A stretch of DNA of 64,000 nt from contig CAVRQB010000005.1 in NCBI GenBank assembly GCA_963723415.1, positions 117,633-181,632 of the forward strand. The letters are read 5' to 3'. Below the pieces are notes generated by a model. That model was given only the letters and a program-made list of their open reading frames with translations, ran no database searches and had not been told where the DNA came from. Below, one piece after another: positions 7,625 through 16,983 of the stretch (positions within the stretch are counted from its first letter, which is position 1; each line of letters begins with the position of its first letter). This DNA comes from an uncultured beta proteobacterium (lineage in GTDB: Bacteria; Pseudomonadota; Gammaproteobacteria; Burkholderiales; Gallionellaceae). The translations under genes were made by a program, and so were the position numbers.

Positions 7625-9996
7625 TCGAATAACCTCTGGAACCAGTTTTTCTTCCCCGCATCCTGATTGGCCCCCGACTTGGAGTCGACCTTGGCATCAG
7701 GGTTCGTTTCAGCCTTGGGGGCTGATGCGTCTCCGCAGGGCGATGTCTGTGCCGGTGCAGAACCCTTGATGAAGGGCAGCACGATGCCCGCCTTGCATCC
7801 CTCATCATAGCGCAGCCCGCTGACCGGATCGACGTTCACCATCTCGATGCTCTCCGGCATCACCGGCTCCAAGGGCTCCGGCTGGATGTTCTTCATCATT
7901 TCGCCCCACACGGTCATCGCGCCCGAGGAACCGGTCAATCCGGTAGATTGGTTGTCATCGCGGCCGACCCATACCACCGCCACGCGGTCGCCGGTGTATC
8001 CGGCGAACCAGCTGTCGCGCAGATCGTCGGTGGTGCCGGTCTTGCCTGCCACGTTCAGGCCGGCCGGAAGCCAATTGATCAACGATTGCGCAGTACCCTC
8101 GCGCACCACGCCCTGCAGGGCCGCTGTCAGCAGATACACCGGCGCCGGCGGTGCGACGGGTTCGACGTTCAGCGGGAAACGCTGCAGCGGCTTGCCCTCG
8201 GCGGTGACGATCACGCGGATCGCGCGCAACGGCGTGCGGTAACCCCCGTCGGCAAAGGTCTGGTAAAGCTGTGACACTTCTACCGGGGACAGTCCGAAGG
8301 CGCCGATCAGCGACGATGCAAACGGCGGCGGGCGGCGGTCGATGCCGAACAGCGGCAGCTTGCCGAGGATGTTGTCGACCCCGAGCGCGATACCGAGACG
8401 CGCGGTCGCGACGTTATAGGATTGCGCCAGCGCGATGCGCAACTGCACCTGCCCGTGGAACTCGCGGTCGTAGTTGTTCGGCTTCCAATCGGGGGTGCCC
8501 TGCTCGCTCCACACCAGCGGACTGTCGTCCAGCGGCGTGATCAGCGTGTAGCGCTGCGGATCTTCCAGCGCCGTCAGGTAGACGATGGGCTTCACCAGCG
8601 AGCCGATCGATCGCTGCGAATCGAGCGCGCGGTTGTATCCGGCAAATCGCGCATCGCGTCCGCCCACCATCGCCTGTATCTCTCCGGTCTGCGTGCTGCT
8701 CACCACCACCGCTCCCTCCAGCGTGTTGGCGGGGGTCCTGCCGGCCTTCTCGATCGCCGCAAGTCGCGACTGCAATGCCAGCTCGGCCTGGTGCTGCACG
8801 AACGGATCGAGCGTCGTGAAGATGCGCAGACCCTCGCTGCGCAGATCCTCCTCGCGATAGTCGCGCTCCAGCTGGCGCTGCACGAACTGCAGGAATGCAG
8901 GGTACGGCGACGTGCCGGCTGGCGCGCGTTGCACCACACCCAGCGGTTTCCTGCGCGCCGCAAGGAACTGCGCCTGCGTGATGACATGCTGGCCCGCCAT
9001 TTCCTGCAGCACCACGTTGCGCCGCTTCAGCGCCAGTTCCGGATGTTTGCGCGGGTCATACACACTCGGACCTTTGACCATGCCGACCAGCATCGCGATC
9101 TCCTGCGGCTCGAGCTGGCCGAGCGGCCGATCGAAATAGAAATAGCTGGCCAGGCCGAAGCCATGGATCGCGCGGCTCGCATCCTGCCCGAGAAAGATCT
9201 CGTTGAGATAGGTCTCGAGGATCTCATCCTTGCTGTAGTGCATCTCCAGCAGCAGCGCCATCAGCACTTCGTTCGCCTTGCGCGTCAGCGTGCGTTCCGA
9301 ACTCAGGAAAAAGTTCTTCACGAGTTGCTGGGTGAGCGTGCTGCCGCCCTCGATGCGCTGGCCGGTGACGGTCTTGTACAGCGCGCGCGCGATACCGCGC
9401 GGATCGATGCCCCAGTGCGTATAGAATTTCCGGTCTTCGGTCGCGATCAGCGCGGCGATCAGCAGCTTGGGGACCTGGTCCAGCCTGACCAGCTCGCGGT
9501 CCTCGTTGTGGCCGGGATAGATGCCGCCGATCAGCGGGGGCTCCATGCGCAGCAGGGGCAGATCGGTATCCGTGCTGCCGCGCACCTGCAGCAGCGACAC
9601 CTTGCCGTCGGCGAACTCGATGCGCAGATGCTGCGAGGGCTGTGTGCCGTCCCCGAAAACGAAGCTGCGCGTCGTGAACTCGAGGCCATTCAGGGTGTTC
9701 TTGTAGGTCGCCGCCGCGTCCGGCAGCTGGTTCTCGTGATACCCGATGGACTTGAACTCATCGACGAACTGCTCGCGCGTCAGCTTCAGCCCGGGATACA
9801 CCTCCAGCTCGCGGCCATAGACACGCGCGGGCAAGGCGAATTTGCGGCCTTCGAAAGCGTCGCGGATCGTGACGTCAAGATAGTAGATGTAGCCTGCGAG
9901 CCCCAGCAATAGCAACAACGCGAAAATGCGCACCGGCCTGGCGGGCATCCTGAAATTGAAGCGGATTTTCTTCCATGACGGGGATGAAATCTTCAT
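7621..9996 (-). CDS. mrcB: Penicillin-binding protein 1B (bifunctional glycosyltransferase/transpeptidase)
   Basis: It has the GT51 motif EDRKFYTHWGIDP, a UB2H-like segment after the TM helix, and the transpeptidase motifs SIGSLVKP, SYN and KTGTT. Confidence 0.85.
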   Translation of the reverse strand: MKISSPSWKKIRFNFRMPARPVRIFALLLLLGLAGYIYYLDVTIRDAFEGRKFALPARVYGRELEVYPGLKLTREQFVDEFKSIGYHENQLPDAAATYKNTLNGLEFTTRSFVFGDGTQPSQHLRIEFADGKVSLLQVRGSTDTDLPLLRMEPPLIGGIYPGHNEDRELVRLDQVPKLLIAALIATEDRKFYTHWGIDPRGIARALYKTVTGQRIEGGSTLTQQLVKNFFLSSERTLTRKANEVLMALLLEMHYSKDEILETYLNEIFLGQDASRAIHGFGLASYFYFDRPLGQLEPQEIAMLVGMVKGPSVYDPRKHPELALKRRNVVLQEMAGQHVITQAQFLAARRKPLGVVQRAPAGTSPYPAFLQFVQRQLERDYREEDLRSEGLRIFTTLDPFVQHQAELALQSRLAAIEKAGRTPANTLEGAVVVSSTQTGEIQAMVGGRDARFAGYNRALDSQRSIGSLVKPIVYLTALEDPQRYTLITPLDDSPLVWSEQGTPDWKPNNYDREFHGQVQLRIALAQSYNVATARLGIALGVDNILGKLPLFGIDRRPPPFASSLIGAFGLSPVEVSQLYQTFADGGYRTPLRAIRVIVTAEGKPLQRFPLNVEPVAPPAPVYLLTAALQGVVREGTAQSLINWLPAGLNVAGKTGTTDDLRDSWFAGYTGDRVAVVWVGRDDNQSTGLTGSSGAMTVWGEMMKNIQPEPLEPVMPESIEMVNVDPVSGLRYDEGCKAGIVLPFIKGSAPAQTSPCGDASAPKAETNPDAKVDSKSGANQDAGKKNWFQRLFD

Positions 9997-10113
9997 TGAC
10001 GATTACCTGCACGGTGCTGGCCGAACAAGTCGTGACCGATGGCGCGCAACCGTTCAAAATCGATCTTCTTCATGCCATCGCCGCATGCCGTGGGCTAACA
10101 CGGTCAACGTTGG

Positions 10114-10992
10114 TCAATTCGTTCCCGCCTGTTGCGGCTTGCACATCGCGTAAACGTCCTCGAACGCGTTCATCAGCTTTGCCGCCTCGTCCGATGTGTT
10201 GACAATGAGGAGTATCCTGATCTTGTCTGTTACCGCATCGCCCCATCCGTTATCCTTGACATATCCATACTCGTCTGCCATCCACAGATCGGCGCGAGGC
10301 GCATCCCAGAGTGCAGCGGTGCTATGCGACCTGTATTTCGCATAGCCATCGTTTCTTAAATGAAGCACGGATATGGAAATATTATTGCCGCTCCCGAGCT
10401 TGCGCTCCTCAAAGTAGACGGCCGCCCCGTTCAGATCGCCCTCTTTGGCGCTTATTTTTCCCAATATGCCGAATTCTTCCCGATTGATCTTCTGGAAATC
10501 GATGACAGAGTCGGTCTTGAAATCCATCGCCGCAGAAATGAGATTGCCGGATTCGATATGCAGATTCTCATCGACCATCAATTTGCATCCGTCAAACCTT
10601 GCAGTCCTTACTATGCCTTCGGGTTTTCGGCTAGACGAGCCCGTTTCCACAACCGGCTTGGCCAGCAAGCCGACTATCCAGTTCTGGGATTCTTCGAGCT
10701 TTGAAAGGGCCGCGCCGGGTGCCGGAACGCCGGATGCAGCGGGTTCAGGGGCGGCGGCCGATGCTGGAGCAACCGCTGCGTTGACCGGCGCTCCCCCTTC
10801 CATCCTGCAAGCCTCGGCAGGAAGTTGAACCATCGAACCGCCCCTGAGCTTGCAGTCGATCGGCATATCAGCGGCCTGGGCTGCGCCGTGCGTCGCGAGG
10901 GCAAGCAGCACCAGGACAGTAGGGCAAAACTTTTTCGTTAACACGTTTGATCTCCTTGAATTGGTTTGAGGCCGGCCCATTGACTCGTGCAA
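10114..10992 (-). CDS. Exported hypothetical protein
   Basis: It has a signal-like N-terminus (LVLLALATHGAAQA). I recognised no family, and the DNA is visibly AT-richer than its flanks. Confidence 0.45.
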   Translation of the reverse strand: MHESMGRPQTNSRRSNVLTKKFCPTVLVLLALATHGAAQAADMPIDCKLRGGSMVQLPAEACRMEGGAPVNAAVAPASAAAPEPAASGVPAPGAALSKLEESQNWIVGLLAKPVVETGSSSRKPEGIVRTARFDGCKLMVDENLHIESGNLISAAMDFKTDSVIDFQKINREEFGILGKISAKEGDLNGAAVYFEERKLGSGNNISISVLHLRNDGYAKYRSHSTAALWDAPRADLWMADEYGYVKDNGWGDAVTDKIRILLIVNTSDEAAKLMNAFEDVYAMCKPQQAGTN

Positions 10993-11010
10993 ATGGGAAA
11001 ATCTTGAATG

Positions 11011-11042
11011 TTCCGGATTATTGCGATTCCGGATTATTGCGA
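11011..11042. repeat. Perfect 16-bp tandem duplication (ttccggattattgcga x2) in a divergent promoter region
   Basis: I read this directly from the sequence. Confidence 0.9.
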
Positions 11043-11251
11043 TTCGATGGATATCTTAAACCAGGAACAAAATCCACCCTTGATTTATTTTGCATCGCCG
11101 GATTTCAAACCGCCACAGGCAAGCGACAGCATATCGCCAGATATCGATCAAAATCATTTTCCGAAAATGTGCTACATTTTCGGACGAAATGAACCGGATA
11201 GAAATATACTGGATATTTAAGAGTCATATTAAACTGCTAAGGTATTAATCA

Positions 11252-12304
11252 ATGATGAAAAGAACCCCGGCAAGATCTCCCCGCGCTGAGCAGGCCTACG
11301 CGCTGGTAACCGAGCTGCAGCAACGTTTTGTAAACAAGCTGAATGAGATCAGCAAGAAATTTGGCAACGGCAAACCCTACCAGCCGACCGAATGGTTCCG
11401 CGATGAAGGCAGGCATGGCGGCGGTGTCCGCTTCATGGCGACGGACGACAGGATTTTCAATCGCGCCTCGGTCAATACGTCGCAGGTTCAATATGACGAT
11501 GATGCGACGAAGCAACTGGCATCGGCAAATGCGATCTCGACGATCATCCATCCCAAAAACCCGCTGGCGCCGTCCGTGCACATCCATATCAGCTGGACGG
11601 AAATGAAGAACGGCAGCGGCTACTGGCGCGTGATGGCGGACCTCAATCCGGCGATTGAGAACAATGAAGACAAGATTCAGTTCGCGGACAAACTCAAGCA
11701 GGCCGCACCGCAGCAGTATGCCGAAGCTGCAGCGCAGGGCGACCGGTATTTCTACATTCCCGCGCTGGGGCGTCACCGCGGCATCACGCATTTCTACCTC
11801 GAAAATTTTTCCAGCGGAAATTTCGACACCGACCTGAAGATGGCCAGGACGGTGGGTGTAGCGGGGATCGATACCTACTGCGACATCCTGTCTTCTGCTT
11901 TGCAAAAGCGCACTGCGCCGTCAGAAGCAGATTTCAAGAAACAACTGGACTATCACACGCTGTACTTTTTCCAGGTTTTAACACTTGACCGCGGCACCAC
12001 ATCCGGCTTGCTGGTCCACGACCAGAACGACGTCGGCATCCTCGCCTCGCTGCCTTCGCACGTGAACCGGCCATTGCTGGCCTCATGGCAGCAGAAGATG
12101 CAGGCGCCCCAGGACCGGCTGTTGCAAAAGCTGGTCGACTGTCTGCCAAACAACGAGGTTGCACCCGTGGAAGACGACACCAAACAGGCACTGGCGAATT
12201 GCGTGCGCAAGCACTATCGGGCGCATCCCGAGGCGATCGACATGCAAGCCAGCGGCAACACCAAGCCGCCCACCGTTGATAATCATCTCAAGTCTGTCGC
12301 TTAG
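11252..12304 (+). CDS. Divergent coproporphyrinogen III oxidase (HemF) family protein
   Basis: It aligns by eye with E. coli HemF blocks: WFRDEGRHGGGVRF, IIHPKNPLAPSVHIHISW, YFYIPALGRHRGITHFYLENF and TLDRGTTSGLL. However, WWFGGGFDLTP is replaced by YWRVMADLNPA. Confidence 0.55.
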   Translation: MMKRTPARSPRAEQAYALVTELQQRFVNKLNEISKKFGNGKPYQPTEWFRDEGRHGGGVRFMATDDRIFNRASVNTSQVQYDDDATKQLASANAISTIIHPKNPLAPSVHIHISWTEMKNGSGYWRVMADLNPAIENNEDKIQFADKLKQAAPQQYAEAAAQGDRYFYIPALGRHRGITHFYLENFSSGNFDTDLKMARTVGVAGIDTYCDILSSALQKRTAPSEADFKKQLDYHTLYFFQVLTLDRGTTSGLLVHDQNDVGILASLPSHVNRPLLASWQQKMQAPQDRLLQKLVDCLPNNEVAPVEDDTKQALANCVRKHYRAHPEAIDMQASGNTKPPTVDNHLKSVA

Positions 12305-12307
12305 CGA

Positions 12308-13000
12308 TCAACCTTCGCTCCGCGCGGGCGCGCTGTGCCCGGCTGCAACAAAGTGGCGAATCATGTAGACGAGGTAGAGCGACAGCACGGCAGCGAAGAA
12401 GCACCACACAGAGACGTAGGCATAACCAAAGGCTTCCGATGCCAACACACTGGACAGGACAGCCAGCACCCCGAAGATCCTGATCAGCCTGCAGCTGGAG
12501 AAGAGCAGCGGCACCATGATGGTCAGCGCATACAGCGCAGCCGGCGTGATCGGCAGGTGTATCGGGCTGCGATAGGGAAATGAAAAGTCGTAGGCGATGG
12601 AGTTTTTCCTCACCGCAACCGACATCCACCCGGGATGGAACAGCATCACGGAATATACCAGCGTGCCCGCGAAGGCGCCGAACATTGCGCAGCCGCCGAT
12701 GACCCTCCTTCTGATTTTGCCTGGCTCGACCAGGTAGCTGGATAGCGGCAACCACCACAGCCATAGAAAATGCGAGAAGAAGTGGAACCCCAGCGCGAAG
12801 CGCACCGCTGTGCTGCCGTCCCCCGCATCGAGCTCCTGCCATACCCCGCCCTCGCATGCCTGCTGCAGACCAAACAATACAGGGACCAGCGCCCACATCA
12901 TGAATGCGCGGGGCAGCCGCCTGGCCTGCTGCACGGCATAGGCACCGGTGCCCGCCAGCACGGCAGCGGCACTATAGCTGACAGTTGCGGAAAAGCACAT
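12308..13000 (-). CDS. Multi-pass membrane protein, family not recognised
   Basis: The 230-aa ORF has about 6-7 hydrophobic segments. Confidence 0.5.
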   Translation of the reverse strand: MCFSATVSYSAAAVLAGTGAYAVQQARRLPRAFMMWALVPVLFGLQQACEGGVWQELDAGDGSTAVRFALGFHFFSHFLWLWWLPLSSYLVEPGKIRRRVIGGCAMFGAFAGTLVYSVMLFHPGWMSVAVRKNSIAYDFSFPYRSPIHLPITPAALYALTIMVPLLFSSCRLIRIFGVLAVLSSVLASEAFGYAYVSVWCFFAAVLSLYLVYMIRHFVAAGHSAPARSEG

Positions 13001-13331
13001 GGGATGGAAGTGTCACTTGTAGTTCCTGATTCACGTGGAATTCGCACCAGTCTGGCTTTTCTTTCCGGCTATTCTGTCCGATTGCTGGCCAGTCTGATTT
13101 CCGGGGCATGAACGATGGAAACAGTCGAAGAAGCAATGGTGATTGAAGGATTCTATTCGAATTCCTGCAGGATGAGTCCGGACATCCGGCTATTGACCAG
13201 TCTCCGCTCCCTGACTTAAATGACATAGCGCAGTCGCAGCATGATGCATCGCGCATTCAAGGCCCGGCCTTTCTGAAAGTCGGGCATATCCGCGGTCGAG
13301 TGAGCCGGCAGGCTCCTGTCCCTTTTAGAAT

Positions 13332-13532
13332 TCATTTCCTGAATATCCAGAACAGAAACGATATTGCCAGAGAAATAATGATGCTGGACGTGACGGGAAA
13401 GTAGAAGCTGAACCCTTTTCGCTCAATATAGATATCACCCGGAAGATGACCGATGCCCAGTTTGGACAACCAGGGCCAAGCCAATCCAACCAGAATGAAA
13501 ACGATGCCGATAATGACCAGCCACTTTGTCAT
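13332..13532 (-). CDS. DUF2905 small membrane protein
   Basis: The ORF MTKWLVIIGIVFILVGLAWPWLSKLGIGHLPGDIYIERKGFSFYFPVTSSIIISL matches the family pattern. Confidence 0.7.
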   Translation of the reverse strand: MTKWLVIIGIVFILVGLAWPWLSKLGIGHLPGDIYIERKGFSFYFPVTSSIIISLAISFLFWIFRK

Positions 13533-13559
13533 GGTGACTACCTCTTGAGCACCAAAGGA

Positions 13560-13811
13560 CTACTTGCATTCAATCAGCATGGTTGCGGTTGTATCGGCCT
13601 TGATTTCCAGCTTGCCGGCATCCCCCACCTTGGCCAGTTCATCGTAAAGATCTGAATTGCGATCGATCAAATTGTAGCCCTGCGGACAAAGCTCAGCCGC
13701 CTTCCCGGTGCACTTGCCCTTTGCGGCATTGCCGCACTGCACCAGATATGCGATTTCACCGTTGGGCCCTTTGACCTGTTTGACACTTGCACAGCCGGCC
13801 AATACGACCAC
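13560..13811 (-). CDS. Small Cys-containing lipoprotein-like protein with an unresolved start
   Basis: It has a lipobox VLAGC. In frame upstream the sequence reads ..KCLLLIFVVVLAGC with no ATG/GTG/TTG before a TAA. The nearby ATG (13828-13830) is one nt out of frame. Confidence 0.4.
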   Translation of the reverse strand: MVVLAGCASVKQVKGPNGEIAYLVQCGNAAKGKCTGKAAELCPQGYNLIDRNSDLYDELAKVGDAGKLEIKADTTATMLIECK

Positions 13812-13889
13812 GAATATCAGGAGCAGGCATTTCGTGTCTCTCCCCCTTCGTTAATGAACCGATCAAAGGAGCCAGAACGCCTTGATTTC

Positions 13890-14423
13890 CTACTTCGAGC
13901 TTTTCCTGGCTGCTGCCTGTTTGTTGGCTGCTGCCCTTAACTGGGCACCGGCCTTCTCGGCAACTTCCCTTATCTTGACCCCTGCTTTCCTGGCTGCCTC
14001 CTCCAACGAGGCTCCCGCCCTTTTTGCCGCTGCCTCGATCTGGTGCTCTGCCTTCAAGGCTACCGGTTTTATCTTCGCTCCGGCCCTTTTGGCCGCGGGC
14101 TTGATCTTGGCTGCTTCCTTCCTGGTTGCAGACATGATCTCCGACCCAACCTTCCTGGCGACCGGTTTCATCTCGGCACCCGCTTTTCTGGCCGATGCCA
14201 TGATCTCTGCTCCGGCCTTCTGTGCGACCGGCTTTAACTCTGCACCGGCCTTTTTGGCTGCTGCCATGATCTCGGCGACCGCCTTCCTGGCCGCTGACAT
14301 GATATCGGCTCCCGCTTTATTGGCTGCCGGTTTTCCGGATGCGGGTTTTCTGCCTGCCGGTTTTCTGGTGGCCGGTTTCTTTGCTGCCGGCTTTTTGGTT
14401 GTTGCCTTCTTGGCTGTTGCCAT
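13890..14423 (-). CDS. Lys/Ala-rich protein with a histone-H1/AlgP-like KPAA tail followed by twelve tandem 11-residue repeats
   Basis: This is the internal start MATAKKATTKKPAAKKPATRKPAGRKP of track ORF 13890..14522 (ATG at 14423). The repeats have the form AGAEIMxxARK x12. Confidence 0.6.
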   Translation of the reverse strand: MATAKKATTKKPAAKKPATRKPAGRKPASGKPAANKAGADIMSAARKAVAEIMAAAKKAGAELKPVAQKAGAEIMASARKAGAEMKPVARKVGSEIMSATRKEAAKIKPAAKRAGAKIKPVALKAEHQIEAAAKRAGASLEEAARKAGVKIREVAEKAGAQLRAAANKQAAARKSSK

Positions 14424-14458
14424 CTCTGTCTCCTCGATTAGATAGTGAATTTGCGATG

Positions 14459-14824
14459 CTATCCCAAGAATTTCTTGACAACATCGAGCAGCTGATGCGG
14501 GTCGAACGGCTTGACCAGCCACCCGGTAGCACCCGCCTCCCTTCCTTGCGTCTTCATTGCATCGGTATGTACAGTGGTCAATATCAGAATAGGAGTAGAA
14601 GCGAACTTCGGTAGGGCGCGCAGCGCTTTAACCAAAGTGACCCCATCCATGTTGGGCATGTTCTGGTCGGTCAGCACCAGATCGATATCATGCGCATTAG
14701 CCTTGGCCAACCCCTCTACGCCATCGGCCGCCTCGATCACGGTATAGCCATCCGTTTTGAGGGTGAAAGCCACCATTTGTCGGATGGAAGCAGAGTCATC
14801 AATAATCAAAATAGTTTTAGCCAT
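14459..14824 (-). CDS. Single-domain CheY-like response regulator
   Basis: The receiver signature is present: ILIIDDS, LVLTDQNMPNMDG and KP. Confidence 0.85.
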   Translation of the reverse strand: MAKTILIIDDSASIRQMVAFTLKTDGYTVIEAADGVEGLAKANAHDIDLVLTDQNMPNMDGVTLVKALRALPKFASTPILILTTVHTDAMKTQGREAGATGWLVKPFDPHQLLDVVKKFLG

Positions 14825-15127
14825 TTTTCCCGCTCCGTTCTAAAGGAAGACAGCATAGTCTCCATCTGTTCACGGATAAAGACAATGCCTGCGACGAAAT
14901 TATAGCCCGATTTATACATGCTTCCTGACTGCGTCAGCAATTTCTTTTGAATGGTCCGCAAATAATCATGTGCCGGCGTTCTTGGGGACGGAGCCGCGTT
15001 CGCTTCGGGAAATCAATTAAGTTCCGTCGCAAGTAACGCAGCCGCCCGAAACAAATGCGATGATCACCCGGCTTGCTTGCTGCCGTTTGCCTGTTGATTG
15101 CCGCGCCTATATGCGGATAATGGAGCC

Positions 15128-15739
15128 ATGATTTCAAAGGCCCGCCCCTACCTTGCTGTGCTGGCAATGTTGTTGTCGTGCTCCGGATGCGCGACTTATC
15201 AACCCCCGCGGACCGATGACATCTGTTCCATTTTCCGTGGTGACACCGACTGGTATGCGTCTGCCCGCGATGCGAACAAGCGCTGGGGAACGCCGGTGTG
15301 GGTGATGATGGCGATCATCGACCAGGAATCGCGTTTTGTCAGTGATGCAAAACCGGCACGAGACTGGTTCCTGTTTATCCCGCTGCCTCGCCAATCATCG
15401 GCTTATGGTTATGCCCAGGCGCAAGATCAGACGTGGGACAAATATATGAAGGAGACCGGCAACAGCGGCCACGACCGTGATGATTTTGCCGACGCGATCA
15501 ACTTTGTCGGCTGGTATACCAACACGACACAGCGCACCCTCGGCATCTCCAAGTGGGATGCCTACTATCAGTACCTCGCCTATCATGAGGGATATGATGC
15601 TTACAAGAGCGGTAGCTGGAAGAGCAAGGGGTGGTTGCAGCAGGCGGCAGCCAAGGTCAAGAACAAAGCTGCTGCCTATAATGCCCAGTTGAAGAAGTGC
15701 AAGCCGGAACTCGACGACAAGGTGGACAGCTGGTTTTAG
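15128..15739 (+). CDS. Lipoprotein with a lytic transglycosylase (SLT-like) domain
   Basis: It begins MISKARPYLAVLAMLLSCSGC (lipobox) and contains IIDQESRF and YGYAQAQ motifs. Confidence 0.65.
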   Translation: MISKARPYLAVLAMLLSCSGCATYQPPRTDDICSIFRGDTDWYASARDANKRWGTPVWVMMAIIDQESRFVSDAKPARDWFLFIPLPRQSSAYGYAQAQDQTWDKYMKETGNSGHDRDDFADAINFVGWYTNTTQRTLGISKWDAYYQYLAYHEGYDAYKSGSWKSKGWLQQAAAKVKNKAAAYNAQLKKCKPELDDKVDSWF

Positions 15740-15969
15740 AAAGTCACTTCAGCGAGCGCCCATCCGCTCCTGCCATTTTTTCCCCGTATTGCATCCATGA
15801 AGAATATATTCGACGCCCCCTTTAATTGCTTTCTCTTTAATTGCCTTACTTGCTCCATTTAATCGATGCTGAAATTATTTCGGCTGAAAATCATCTAGCC
15901 GGCCTCCCACCGCCGAGGCGGTGGGGTTAAAGTGAGTTTGCGAACTTGCGATAACCACAGGAGGCCGAC

Positions 15970-16983
15970 ATGAAGTATAGCGGAATTGATTTGCATTCGA
16001 ACAACAGCGTGGTGACGGTGACGGATGAAGAGGATCGCGTGATAGCCGAGAAACGATTGCCGAACGACTTGACGAGGATCGTTGGATTTCTGTTGCCATG
16101 GCGCGATGAATTGAAAGCGGTTGTGGTCGAATCCACCTACAACTGGTACTGGCTGGTTGATGGCTTGCAGGCGGCCGGATTTGTAGTGAAACTGGCCAAC
16201 ACCGGAGCCATCAAGAAATACGATGGACTCAAGCACAGCGGCGACGAGGCCGATGCCCGGCAACTGGCGCATCTGCTCCGCTTGGGCATCCTACCGACGG
16301 GCACCATCCTGCCACCAGAACAGCGGGCGATACGTGATCTGGCGAGGAAGCGCATGCAACTGGTGCGCAGCCGCACCAGTCACATCCTCGCCATCGAGAA
16401 CATCGCTGCCCGACAACGGGGCATGAAGATCAACAGCAACCAGGTCAAACGCCTGACTGCCGATGACGTGGATCAAATGAAATTCCCGGCGGACGTGGGG
16501 CTGGCGATCAAAAGCAACCTTGCGGTGGTCACCACCCTGGGCGAGCAAATCGACCGGCTGGAAAAGCGCCTGCAAGAAGTGATGGATGAGCGGCCTGAAT
16601 ACAGCTTGTTGACCAGCGTGCCGGGAATTGGTCGCATCCTTGCGGCGATTATCCTGCTGGAGACGGGCACGATTGACCGCTTTGCCTCCGTTGGCAACTT
16701 TGCTTCATATGCGCGTTGCGTCGATAGCCAGCACATGAGCAACGGCAAGAAGAAGGGGGAAGGCAACACCAGGAACGGCAACAAGTATCTGTCTTGGGCC
16801 TTTGTCGAAGCGGCCTACTACGCGCAGCGATTTTGCGCTGAGGCCAAACGGTTTTACGAACGCAAGAAAGCGAAGACGAACACGGCGGTAGCCACCAAGG
16901 CGTTAGCGCACAAGTTGGCAAGAGCGTGTTACCACATGTTGAAGGAGCAGAAGCCATTTGATGTGGCGCGCTGCTTCGCATGA
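15970..16983 (+). CDS. IS110-family (DEDD) transposase/recombinase
   Basis: It shows MKYSGIDLHSNN.., ESTYNWYWL, DEADARQLAHLLR and VPGIGRILAAIILLETGTIDRF, typical of DEDD_Tnp_IS110 plus Transposase_20. Confidence 0.9.
   Translation: MKYSGIDLHSNNSVVTVTDEEDRVIAEKRLPNDLTRIVGFLLPWRDELKAVVVESTYNWYWLVDGLQAAGFVVKLANTGAIKKYDGLKHSGDEADARQLAHLLRLGILPTGTILPPEQRAIRDLARKRMQLVRSRTSHILAIENIAARQRGMKINSNQVKRLTADDVDQMKFPADVGLAIKSNLAVVTTLGEQIDRLEKRLQEVMDERPEYSLLTSVPGIGRILAAIILLETGTIDRFASVGNFASYARCVDSQHMSNGKKKGEGNTRNGNKYLSWAFVEAAYYAQRFCAEAKRFYERKKAKTNTAVATKALAHKLARACYHMLKEQKPFDVARCFA

Noticed and set aside
13882-14445. A 187-aa + strand ORF rich in Ala/Phe/Leu repeats.
   Set aside because: It is the antisense reading of the 33-bp-periodic Lys/Ala-rich repeat gene. 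The minus-strand product has a proper start, an RBS context and a coherent 11-mer repeat.
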